From the NCBI GenBank assembly GCA_963805085.1, contig CAWDTA010000005.1:256001-320000 (forward strand): a stretch of DNA of 64,000 nucleotides, read 5' to 3'. The translations under genes and the position numbers were made by a program. This document shows, piece after piece, positions 47,541 through 56,729 of the stretch (position 1 is the stretch's first letter; each line of letters starts with the position of its first letter). Source of the stretch: an uncultured Veillonellaceae bacterium (GTDB taxonomy: Bacteria; Bacillota; Negativicutes; JARBTT01). The notes under the pieces are model-generated. The model searched no databases. It was not told the origin of the DNA and saw only the letters and a list, made by a program, of their open reading frames with translations.

Positions 47541-48128
47541 ATGCAAAAGATAGCGGCGAAATTAATAAATGTTATGCAAGAATGCAGCTATGTCTCAAAG
47601 AAAGGAATCAATGATTTTCACCATTATAAATATGCAACTTCCGCTGATGTCTTAGAAAAAATCAATACAGCACTAGTAAAACAAAAGGTTTGTTCTGTCG
47701 TATTGCCAGAGATACTTCAGCAAGCTGATGTAACAACCGCCAAAGGAAATATAGAACATTTTGCCACCGTTAAAATAAACATCCTGCTCCTAGATGCAGA
47801 AAGTGGTGAGTCCGTAACTATTTCTGGTATTGGCAGTGGGCAAGATAGCGGTGACAAAGCTGTGATGAAAGCGCAAACTGCCGCAATTAAATATGCCTAC
47901 TTGCTCAGTATGGCGATTAGTACAGGGGATGATCCTGAAGCAGATGTACGAACTGATGAACTGGGAGCGCATACAACTGACACCATAAAAACCTTTGAAT
48001 CAAATGAAAAACTTATATGCAGTGACTGTAGAGCCACGATTACTTCCGGGGTAATGAATGTATCTCGTAATAAATTTGGACGCCCTTTATGTATGAGATG
48101 CCAGAAAAAGTTTCAAGCAATCGCTTAA
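47541..48128 (+). CDS. ERF-family single-strand annealing protein with C-terminal Zn finger
   Basis: K.G.N.FH.YKYA, GQDSGDKAVMKAQTAAIKY, TGDDPE; CSDC...CMRC. Confidence 0.85.
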   Translation: MQKIAAKLINVMQECSYVSKKGINDFHHYKYATSADVLEKINTALVKQKVCSVVLPEILQQADVTTAKGNIEHFATVKINILLLDAESGESVTISGIGSGQDSGDKAVMKAQTAAIKYAYLLSMAISTGDDPEADVRTDELGAHTTDTIKTFESNEKLICSDCRATITSGVMNVSRNKFGRPLCMRCQKKFQAIA

Positions 48129-48254
48129 TATTTAATGAAAAAAGCTAGAAAAAGCTTCAGCAAAAGGAGCAGATTCATTATCTATGAACGTAATAGCATT
48201 ATCTAGGAATCTAGCGATAGCCATGTTTATGAGATAATTTTCTAGAGGGCTTTA

Positions 48255-48584
48255 ATGGTGGAGGTGAGGACAATCTTTGAATTTAGATACAAACAAATCG
48301 GTAGAAAAATTGCATATTACAGAAAACTACGCAATTTTACCCAAGACGAATTAGCACAAAAAATTAATATCAGCAAAAGCTCTTTAGGAAAAATCGAATG
48401 TGGTCATTACAACCATAGTATTTCTTTGTCCATCTTAATGGCAATTGCAGATGGGCTTAAAATTGATTTGGATTTATTACTGAAAGTAGATAAAAGAGAA
48501 GAAAGCATGGAATTGGAATGGGAGCACCACAAAATAAAACCAAGTAAAGCTGAAGAAAAGAAGGTGCAAATTTGCCGAAAATAG
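48255..48584 (+). CDS. XRE-family transcriptional regulator
   Basis: IGRKIAYYRKLRNFTQDELAQKINISKSSLGKIECG. Confidence 0.88.
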   Translation: MVEVRTIFEFRYKQIGRKIAYYRKLRNFTQDELAQKINISKSSLGKIECGHYNHSISLSILMAIADGLKIDLDLLLKVDKREESMELEWEHHKIKPSKAEEKKVQICRK

Positions 48585-50197
48585 CATCTGCGACCTCTAT
48601 CGGGTTATTAAATCAGGTTGGGTTTAATAAGAAAAAACAAGACAAGTTCATGCAAAACGTTGCAAGCGGTATGAAAATTAATGGAGCGTCGGATGATGCT
48701 TCTGGTTATCAGATCTCAGAACGTATGCGTGCGCAATTACGTAGTCTAAAACAAGCGAAGCAAAATACACAAAATGGAAGTTCCTTATTGAATGTAGCCG
48801 CAGGTGGCATTCAAACGATAGTAGAGAACTTAAAAACAATGAAAGAACTGGCTTTGCGATCAGCCAATGGTATCTATAACGACAATGATCGATTGGCTAT
48901 GGAAGAAGAATTTAAAAGCTGCCAAGATGCAATTGATAGCAGTGCGGATACGACAACCTATAATTCAAAAATTTTGCTCGATGGAACATATCGAAATCAA
49001 GATTTGCGATCCGTTGATAGTGTTGATGAACCCCAGAGTATCAAGGGGAGTATAAGCGCAGCAGATGCTGGTGAATATACCATTTCACAAGAGGGTATTT
49101 ATCAAGTAGATGCTGGTTTTACTGGAACTATAAAAATTGATGCCACAAATGTTCAACTAATAGAAACTGGCTCTAACATGACCAATGTAAATATAGAATG
49201 CGAAAGAGAAGGCATGAATTTATCACTCAGCAATGTTTTTATTACCAATGACAGCAGTTATAAAAACAGCATTTTGAAGTTTACTGGTATCGGTAATTCC
49301 TTAACTCTTTCAGGAACCTGTGGCTTTCAATATAATGCCTTAAGTAGTAATGCAGTACTGAATATTGGACAGGAACTTGAAATCACCAATCATGATAGTT
49401 TAACCGTAAACAATTCGGGACTTGGTTTTGGTGCGGCTATTGGAACAAACAGCAATGAGACAGCAAAACGTCTTACCATTGCAGGTGGTACCTTGAATGT
49501 AGGATCTTATTCAAGTGGAGCTGCAATTGGAGCAGGCAGTGGTGGGGGAATTGATACAATCAACTTAATCAATGTGAAACTAGATCAAGTCGCTACCAAT
49601 GGAGCCAGCGCTGCCATTGGTTGTGGTGTCGGTACGTCAAAAGTCGGTAATATTACCCTTAGTGGATGCAGTGGTAAAGTCAATACGCTCGCGTTTCAAG
49701 GAGAGTTTGGACAAAATGAAGCTGGTACAGGCTCTGTAGGAAGAACATTAGTTTTTGATAGTTCCATCCTCTTTAACAGTAAATTGCTGGACAATACAAA
49801 CTTGCAGCCATTGCAGCTTCAAACTGGAGTACGTGCAGATGGAAAAATGAATATATACCTAAATAAATTAGATTGTGATTCCTTAGGTATTGATGTTTTA
49901 AGCGTAACGACCGAGCAAAAAGCTAAGATTGCCATGAAACGGCTGAATAGTTCATTGGATTATGCCTTGCATGAAAGTACGCGCATTGGTGCTTATATCA
50001 ATCGGTTAGACTACACCGAAGCCAATAATACGACTGAATATGAAAATGTAACCTGTGCTGAAAGTGCTATCCGTGATGCAGACATGGCAAAAGAAATGGT
50101 ATCTTATACCAAATATCAAGTTCTATGGCAGGCATCACAAGCAATGCTTGCACAAGCGAATCAACAAAGGAGCAATATATTAAACTTGCTTCAATAA
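48572..50197 (+). CDS. flagellin (Selenomonadales type, atypical)
   Basis: ASGMKINGASDDASGYQISERMRAQLRSL N-domain; IGAYINRL, AESAIRDADMAKEM, MLAQANQ...LNLLQ C-domain; TTG start with aaggtg RBS overlapping the XRE stop. Confidence 0.9.
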   Translation: MPKIASATSIGLLNQVGFNKKKQDKFMQNVASGMKINGASDDASGYQISERMRAQLRSLKQAKQNTQNGSSLLNVAAGGIQTIVENLKTMKELALRSANGIYNDNDRLAMEEEFKSCQDAIDSSADTTTYNSKILLDGTYRNQDLRSVDSVDEPQSIKGSISAADAGEYTISQEGIYQVDAGFTGTIKIDATNVQLIETGSNMTNVNIECEREGMNLSLSNVFITNDSSYKNSILKFTGIGNSLTLSGTCGFQYNALSSNAVLNIGQELEITNHDSLTVNNSGLGFGAAIGTNSNETAKRLTIAGGTLNVGSYSSGAAIGAGSGGGIDTINLINVKLDQVATNGASAAIGCGVGTSKVGNITLSGCSGKVNTLAFQGEFGQNEAGTGSVGRTLVFDSSILFNSKLLDNTNLQPLQLQTGVRADGKMNIYLNKLDCDSLGIDVLSVTTEQKAKIAMKRLNSSLDYALHESTRIGAYINRLDYTEANNTTEYENVTCAESAIRDADMAKEMVSYTKYQVLWQASQAMLAQANQQRSNILNLLQ

Positions 50198-50303
50198 AAT
50201 AGACACAAAAAGAGCCCTAAACATTTGAACTTTAAAAATCTGCTTGATACTTAAAAGCGTATGAGCAAAAAATAAATAGTTTATACAAGGAGATGTTTTT
50301 TAT

Positions 50304-50813
50304 ATGAACAATGTAAAATTTATGAGTGAAAACACAGATGTAACAGCACAGAAAGTAAATGCACCTAAAACCTATGAATTTATAAAACAAAAAAGAGCTT
50401 TAGGTATTGGAGGTTCTATTGGAACCAAAAGGACAGAAATTACAATTGAAGGAAATACCATGAATGTATTTAAATATACGAAATTTCCGCTTCTGCCTAA
50501 GTGTGGAAAAGAAAATATGTCATTTAATATTTGTGATATTCAAAGTGTATCTATGAAGAAAGTAATTGATAAAGGTATGATGTGGATGCTGATTCTTTCT
50601 TTACTTGTAGTTCCGATAAGCGGAGGGACATCTCTTTTATTTACAGCGATTGCCCTCTTTGGTCTGCGTGACAAAGTAATTATGATTCATCTAAAAAACG
50701 GTACATTTAAAATCCAAGATGCTTATACATATACAGAAAAAATAGAAAACCTTGTCTCTGATTTGCAAATAATTAATCCTACGATTAAAAATGAAATTGT
50801 TTCAGCTAAGTGA
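50304..50813 (+). CDS. hypothetical membrane protein
   Basis: RBS aaggag; hydrophobic hairpin at about aa 92-121. Confidence 0.7.
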   Translation: MNNVKFMSENTDVTAQKVNAPKTYEFIKQKRALGIGGSIGTKRTEITIEGNTMNVFKYTKFPLLPKCGKENMSFNICDIQSVSMKKVIDKGMMWMLILSLLVVPISGGTSLLFTAIALFGLRDKVIMIHLKNGTFKIQDAYTYTEKIENLVSDLQIINPTIKNEIVSAK

Positions 50814-50914
50814 CAAAAAGAGCTGAATAATAGAATTTTGGCAGTTTAAATGATAATTTTAATTGTAGCTTGTGACGAGGATGTAATACATAAAAAAGTT
50901 TTGGAGGTTTTGAA

Positions 50915-51319
50915 ATGATGAAAGTAAAAAGCTTTGTTATTGGTTTATTATTAGCAGTAATGTCAATGGTTGTGGTGCCAATCAATATGATTCCCCAAGC
51001 ATATGCTGATATGTCTTTTGATAACGGACCAAGTGTGCTTAAAAGTACATGGCGGGTCAATTACCCAAATGATCCTAGTGCACAATGGTATGCAACCATA
51101 ACGGATGATGATTTTCTTGGAATGGGGAATTACACTATAGATGAAACTGCACTTCCAGGGCGCTTCCAATATAGGGTTACGTTGCATCTTGATAGCGATA
51201 CTAATGTGTATTATTGGGTTCGGATAAACGAAGGAATACATGGATATGGTATGGAAATAACGAAAGCTGATAAAAGTTGGCATCACGTGCTTGATGGATG
51301 GAGGGCTATAAACCAGTAA
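50915..51319 (+). CDS. hypothetical secreted protein
   Basis: RBS ggagg; signal peptide ending in AYA. Confidence 0.7.
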   Translation: MMKVKSFVIGLLLAVMSMVVVPINMIPQAYADMSFDNGPSVLKSTWRVNYPNDPSAQWYATITDDDFLGMGNYTIDETALPGRFQYRVTLHLDSDTNVYYWVRINEGIHGYGMEITKADKSWHHVLDGWRAINQ

Positions 51320-51415
51320 GCTAGATAGGCGTATGTATTGGGATGAATGATTTATGGGTTATTAATAATGATTTTATAAAATAACGGTAAGTTACATTAA
51401 AAAACGTTATTTTTC

Positions 51416-51535
51416 GTTATATCGTTTTAAAAACGATATAACATAATAATAAAAGAGATAAGAGTAGGGCGAAGCCCTACTCTTGTTTCGTTTTCGCTCG
51501 ATTCGCTTTCGCTTCATCGAGCGAAAACGAAACAA
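51416..51535. repeat. cluster of three inverted repeats (candidate oriT/sso)
   Basis: 13-bp IR gttatatcgtttt/aaaacgatataac; 11-bp stem with GAA loop (51460-51484); 20-bp perfect stem 51483-51502 / 51516-51535. Confidence 0.75.
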
Positions 51536-51898
51536 ATGGAACATAATTTATAAAAGGGAGATGGCTAGAATTTTGCAATATTTAATGAATGATTCATAGT
51601 ACTATTTGATGATAATCAGACGCAATGAATATGCTTTTTAATCAAGGGAAAGTCATATTTAAAAGTAGCTGAGTAGCAATCTTTAAAACAATAAAGTCGA
51701 ATAAAATTTATAGAATGTTTATGACACCAACTTTAATCGGTTGAAGTTTATTTTTATGCATAAGAAAATTTAATTGTTAATAATAGTATTACTTGTACCA
51801 GGATACCGGTTGGTAATACGGGCATGTCGGAAGATAAATTGATTATTTTTATATATTTTAGAGTTTACGTAGAATATTTTTAATAGAATAAAAACAAC

Positions 51899-51925
51899 GG
51901 AACAAAAGGAACAAACGGAACAAGG
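51899..51925 (+). repeat. 3 x 9-bp GGAACAA direct repeat
   Basis: ggaacaaaa ggaacaaac ggaacaagg. Confidence 0.7.
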
Positions 51926-51942
51926 TTTAATGTGAATTGATT

Positions 51943-53403
51943 TTAAGATGTTATTTTAATCAATTCACCTATTAATTTCAAATTTTTTGTAGGATATTTT
52001 GGATTGCTGATTTTTTGCTTAAGGCAGCCAATGATTTCTAAAATGGCAAGACTTTGTTCTTGCTTATATAGGTTTTGATTACAATCTTTATTTTTATTGA
52101 TTTGCAACTCAAAATAGGATAGAAGTTTTTCGGTGGTAGCAACTCGTTGAATAGAACCTTCTAAGTAACTAGTGTATTTTTTCTCATCATCGGTTTGTTG
52201 TAGATCATCAATATTAGGAAATATTTTTCCATAGGAAGGTATAGTAGTTTTTTCTTGCCAAAAATCAACAGAAGAGTTAAAAATACGGGCTAGTTCCCAT
52301 AAACGTGTAGGATGTATTTTTAGAGGTCCCTTTTGCTTTTGTTGTGACACTGCTGCTGGTGTAATTCCCAGTACTTTTGCTATATTTCCTTGGGTTATAT
52401 CAAAAGTTGACATGAGAAAATCTAAATTTGTACGATCAGATGCTTGTATATTCAATAGATCTGTATCTTTGGATATCTTCATAATGGTCCTTAAATGAAG
52501 GTTTAATTTTGGTAGGGCGAGTGAGGGCGCTTGATTAGGCTCTTTATCTAATAAAGGATTAAACCAGGATTGGTAGTTGTTTATAATTAAACGCAATTTA
52601 TTGTATAAGAAATCACGATCATCTATTCGATAAGTTCCGGGAAAAGGAACGCTGAATTTTTTAATATCTGGTTGTAAGACTGGCGGAAGAGCCGAGTACA
52701 TATTGTTGTAAAGTAGAGTACGTTTTTTTATGATTTCATGAATTTTTGGAGCGTAATCATGAAGAGCTTTTTCATCTGCATAGGAAAGACAAAATAAAAT
52801 TTCCTCATTAAATGAAGGAGACAATGCATATTCGAAGGTGAGCAGTTCATTTTCTATTATTGACAAGATGGATTGTTTGGAATCTTCAAGACTGCAAATT
52901 TTATAATATGTTTCAGATGTAGATTCTGTATCTATTTGGATGGAGTCATCGTTTTCTATAGTTTTTTTTATATCCAAAATGTTGCAGATTTTAACGGCAG
53001 TTTCATATTGAGCTGGTTGAATATCAGATAATTTTTTCAGAATTTTTCTAATATCATAGAGCGTAGCACTTGAGTAATTAAGTTCATCTTGGCGGAGCTT
53101 TTCCTTTAATATAGAAAACAGTGTTTCTGTTGTAGTCGTATCGGGGAAGACAGCCAATTCCTCTAGTTGCTTAATGGCATTAAAAATGTTTTCTAGTGAA
53201 GCATCTCTATCATGGTAAAAATTTTTAAGATCGTTGGATTCAAATTCTCGTCCTAATAAAAATAATAAATTGTATTTCTTTTTAACAAGATTTTGGGTTA
53301 ACTTTTTATCGGGAACTGTAAATAAAACAAATTTTTGTCGCAAGCTTAAAGAGGTAGTTTCAGATTCTATCTTTTTTAAAACATCGGATAATATTTCGTC
53401 CAT
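51943..53403 (-). CDS. large hypothetical protein with C-proximal XRE-like HTH
   Basis: ITQGNIAKVLGITPAAVSQQKQKG...LWELARIFNSSVDFW; RBS aaggag before ATG 53403; divergent from the helicase operon. Confidence 0.7.
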   Translation of the reverse strand: MDEILSDVLKKIESETTSLSLRQKFVLFTVPDKKLTQNLVKKKYNLLFLLGREFESNDLKNFYHDRDASLENIFNAIKQLEELAVFPDTTTTETLFSILKEKLRQDELNYSSATLYDIRKILKKLSDIQPAQYETAVKICNILDIKKTIENDDSIQIDTESTSETYYKICSLEDSKQSILSIIENELLTFEYALSPSFNEEILFCLSYADEKALHDYAPKIHEIIKKRTLLYNNMYSALPPVLQPDIKKFSVPFPGTYRIDDRDFLYNKLRLIINNYQSWFNPLLDKEPNQAPSLALPKLNLHLRTIMKISKDTDLLNIQASDRTNLDFLMSTFDITQGNIAKVLGITPAAVSQQKQKGPLKIHPTRLWELARIFNSSVDFWQEKTTIPSYGKIFPNIDDLQQTDDEKKYTSYLEGSIQRVATTEKLLSYFELQINKNKDCNQNLYKQEQSLAILEIIGCLKQKISNPKYPTKNLKLIGELIKITS

Positions 53404-53628
53404 TATGATAATTGCTCCTTCGTTAAGTAAAATTAAATTTAGTTTATCATCTATGCCAATTAAAAAGCAACCCATTAAAAACAGTAGAGTAGCAGTATGT
53501 TAAGCGAAATTAAGGTAATAATTAGGCTTAAAAATAAGGCGAAAAAGCTTTTGGATTTCTAAGAATTGCCGTATATTGTGCTTGTTAACAAAAAACAACT
53601 CCCGGGAGCTTTAATGGAGTGATGATCT

Positions 53629-55008
53629 TTGAAAAATTATGAAGAAATACAGAATATCGTACGCAGAACATGTTGGGACGAGGATTCATTTAAACTAGAG
53701 CAGTTTGTTGAGGTTCTTGTAGGTAGTGGAGACTTTATTACCAACAGACAGCAGCTTTATTGGTACGACTCTGAAAAAGGATATTTCAGAAATGTAACAA
53801 GGGAATTACCGCATCGCAGTTTGAGGCAGTATATTCCAGATGATTTGCAGTCCAAAGTATTAGTCCGTAACATGAAAGCAGTTACGGATAACCTGATGGA
53901 TCAGCCATCTATTTATAAAGAGCTAAAATCAAATCCAATGCATGTCAATTTTTTAAACGGTACATTGGATTTGAAAGAAGGAATCTTGATGAAACATACT
54001 GCTGATTATATGTTTGATTATGTTTTGAACTGTGAATATCAAGAAAATTCCAGTCTGGCACAGGCACCAGAATTTTCGAAATACTTGTTGAAGTCATTCA
54101 ACGTGCGGAATGTGGAAGCAGCTGAAGTTAAGTTACTAATGGAAATTATAGGATATGTGATTTCAGATTGCACCAAGGCCAAGAAATTTTTCCTGTGCTA
54201 TGGACCTAGTAACTGCGGTAAATCAACTTTTTTACATTTGGTTGAAGATATGGTTGGGGAAGAAAACGTATCTTCGATTGGCTTAGAAGATATGAATGAT
54301 AAATTTCGTTGTCGGGATATAGTAAAGGCTAGGCTTAATCTACTTCATGAGACAACGACGAAGTCGATCACCAAAGTAGATGTACTGAAACGAGTAGTTG
54401 GTCATGAAAAGTTAGAGGTAGAAGCCAAAGGGATTCAGCCATGGTCTGCAAAGGCTAAAGCAAAAATTTTAATGGCTGTTAATTCCCTGCCACAATTTGT
54501 TGCTGGGGCGGCTAACAATTCACTGATTAATCGAATGGTCATTTTAAAATGGCATGATAAAGAGCTAGATCCAGTAGAGATGAATCGCGATTTGTTAGAT
54601 ATTCTGATTGGTGAGAAAAACATTATTGCATCGGTTGCAATGAAGGAACTCTCACGTCTGATAATCAATCAGTTTAGCTTTACCATACCGGAAAAAAGTA
54701 CCAAGCTTTTAGATGTTTATAGGGACAATCTTAACAGTATAGGCAAATTCATTAATGATTCTTGTATTATCAAAGCAGACGGGAAGATATTTTTGCGAGA
54801 TATCTATAAAGAATATCAGTGCTTTTCTGAAGATAATGGTTTGCATACTATGGAAAAACCGGCTTTTAAGATGACAATATCAACATTGGAGCAGGTTGGC
54901 TTTAAAAAATTGCGAATTGGCAATAAGACTGGTGCTGGATTTGTCGGTATTAGCCTTAAAACTCTTGAGGAACGTGAGAATCAAGAGCAGAGGGAGAGCG
55001 TCAAATGA
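53629..55008 (+). CDS. P4/D5-family SF3 helicase (phage/plasmid primase C-terminal type)
   Basis: VNFLNGTLDL (D5_N), GPSNCGKST Walker A, AVNSLP motif C, C-terminal winged helix. Confidence 0.88.
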   Translation: MKNYEEIQNIVRRTCWDEDSFKLEQFVEVLVGSGDFITNRQQLYWYDSEKGYFRNVTRELPHRSLRQYIPDDLQSKVLVRNMKAVTDNLMDQPSIYKELKSNPMHVNFLNGTLDLKEGILMKHTADYMFDYVLNCEYQENSSLAQAPEFSKYLLKSFNVRNVEAAEVKLLMEIIGYVISDCTKAKKFFLCYGPSNCGKSTFLHLVEDMVGEENVSSIGLEDMNDKFRCRDIVKARLNLLHETTTKSITKVDVLKRVVGHEKLEVEAKGIQPWSAKAKAKILMAVNSLPQFVAGAANNSLINRMVILKWHDKELDPVEMNRDLLDILIGEKNIIASVAMKELSRLIINQFSFTIPEKSTKLLDVYRDNLNSIGKFINDSCIIKADGKIFLRDIYKEYQCFSEDNGLHTMEKPAFKMTISTLEQVGFKKLRIGNKTGAGFVGISLKTLEERENQEQRESVK

Positions 55009-55292
55009 GTTTAGTAGTAATTCCTTTTAAAGGAACTGATGACCTGCGTTCAAAAATTGATGCATTTGTAGCAATAAATTTTAATGGTAATCGATCAGAA
55101 TTTTTGCGTGTTGCTACTGAACAGTATATTGATTCGGCTGCGGGGAAAAAAGCAAGTATGCCTGCCCCTTTTATAGAGGCACTCGATTTTGTGTTAGAAC
55201 TGTTAAAGACGGACACGGCATCCGAACAGTCTTGGATATTATTGCGGCAGGAGGTAACAAGAATATGGAATATGATAAACCATTCAGTGTAA
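55005..55292 (+). CDS. ribbon-helix-helix accessory protein (MobC-like)
   Basis: LVVIPFKGTDDLRSKIDAFV...NRSEFLRVA; immediately upstream of the relaxase. Confidence 0.6.
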   Translation: MSLVVIPFKGTDDLRSKIDAFVAINFNGNRSEFLRVATEQYIDSAAGKKASMPAPFIEALDFVLELLKTDTASEQSWILLRQEVTRIWNMINHSV

Positions 55293-55966
55293 TGCGTTGG
55301 ATTAATTACAAAACAGCAGATCTCAAAGCATTTGAGAAGTCGGCACAATATATTCTGAACCCTAAAAGTGCACCAGAAGCTTATCAACGGGGTTATAAAA
55401 TATCAACTTCCGATCCAAGGCGGAGTATGGAAATAATAGAGAAACGTTGGAAGCCACGGGGCGATAGAAATTTTAAGCATGGCGTATTTTCCTTCGGAAT
55501 GCCAGATCTTGATGCAAAACATGCATTAGCAGTCACAGATGAGATAATGAAAATTTATTATCCAGAGTACCCAATTCTTTATGCAGTTCATACTAACATT
55601 CCAAGGAGAATTCATGCTCACTTTGTTATGGGAATGACGAACGTTTACACAGGAAAAAAATTTGAGCAAGATATGGCTGAGTTCAATCGGTTTCGTGATC
55701 ATTACAACAAGACGCTCGTGCGAAATGGAATGATGCCACTAAAGGGGCATCATTCTACTAATCAAGATTGTTCTGATACAAAATGTGCAATTAAATCACA
55801 TATGGATGAATTTGACTCTTTTGATTATCGGCAAGATTACAGCGGATTTGTGCCGTCAGTTTATCGACCAATAGTAGCGCAACAAGATTTTAATTTGCAT
55901 AGATTTTTTGATCAACAAATGGAGCATTTTATGAAATTTTACAATTTAGGAAGAGGTGGCTTTTAG
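55265..55966 (+). CDS. short HUH relaxase (MobP-like)
   Basis: AQYILNPK catalytic Tyr, KHGVFSF, YAVHTNIPRRIHAHFV three-His motif, TNVYTGKK. Confidence 0.85.
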   Translation: MEYDKPFSVMRWINYKTADLKAFEKSAQYILNPKSAPEAYQRGYKISTSDPRRSMEIIEKRWKPRGDRNFKHGVFSFGMPDLDAKHALAVTDEIMKIYYPEYPILYAVHTNIPRRIHAHFVMGMTNVYTGKKFEQDMAEFNRFRDHYNKTLVRNGMMPLKGHHSTNQDCSDTKCAIKSHMDEFDSFDYRQDYSGFVPSVYRPIVAQQDFNLHRFFDQQMEHFMKFYNLGRGGF

Positions 55967-56457
55967 TGGATTATGAAAATAATTATTTTATGCCTAATGG
56001 ATGGGAAAATCAATCAGGAAATTGGTTGTTACCAAATTCTAACGTAAAATATAATGTTGTAGTTAATCTTGAAGGTATCATGCAACAACATACACAAGCA
56101 ATGCTAGTAGCTTTTCAGATGGGAAGAGAAGCAAGGATATTGGCTGAACGGCAAGTGCAAACTGAAATCAGTGAACAGCAATATATGCCAAAGGTATCAG
56201 GGGTACAGCAAGTGGAAAGCCCTTGTGAGTGTTATGTCGGAGTCTATGATCGTTGGGCATATGGGATTTATTCGGATCAACTGGCACTTGATAGATCACA
56301 ACAATATTGGGATCTATCTACCCAGCAAACGCAAAATTTTAAAACATATGAACAAGCATTGGATTATGCACGTAATGGTACAGCAAGACTAAGACAATTA
56401 GATGCAAGTATGCTACCAGATATGCAATATTCAGTAAATTGGCGGCAAAAAATATAA
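55966..56457 (+). CDS. hypothetical protein with possible viroplasmin/RNase H1 N-terminal-like domain
   Basis: YVGVYDRWAYGIY...QNFKTYEQALDY pattern. Confidence 0.55.
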   Translation: MDYENNYFMPNGWENQSGNWLLPNSNVKYNVVVNLEGIMQQHTQAMLVAFQMGREARILAERQVQTEISEQQYMPKVSGVQQVESPCECYVGVYDRWAYGIYSDQLALDRSQQYWDLSTQQTQNFKTYEQALDYARNGTARLRQLDASMLPDMQYSVNWRQKI

Positions 56458-56480
56458 TCGTTTTATGGGGGCGAGACAAT

Positions 56481-56654
56481 ATGGTACAAGAAAAGCTATA
56501 TACAGTTGCTGAGGTGTTGAATATCATCCCAGTTTCACGTAGTGGTTTATATGCTGCATTAAAACGTGGCGAGATAGCATCTGTTGGAGTTGGGCGAAGA
56601 GTGCTTATTCCTTCATGGGCTATAGAAAAATTAACTAAAGCACCAAGCATGTAA
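56481..56654 (+). CDS. excisionase (HTH_17)
   Basis: LYTVAEVLNIIPVSRSGLYAALKRGEIASVGVGRRVLIP; directly upstream of the integrase. Confidence 0.88.
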   Translation: MVQEKLYTVAEVLNIIPVSRSGLYAALKRGEIASVGVGRRVLIPSWAIEKLTKAPSM

Positions 56655-56729
56655 TAGAGTAATTTGTAGAGGCAGGGATTATAAAATCCCTGCCTCGTTA
56701 TATTAAAAGCTAAGAATGGAGGAAATAAG

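Noticed and set aside
48130-48570. Sigma-28 promoter for the island flagellin
   Set aside because: No convincing TAAA-N15-GCCGATAA match found by eye.
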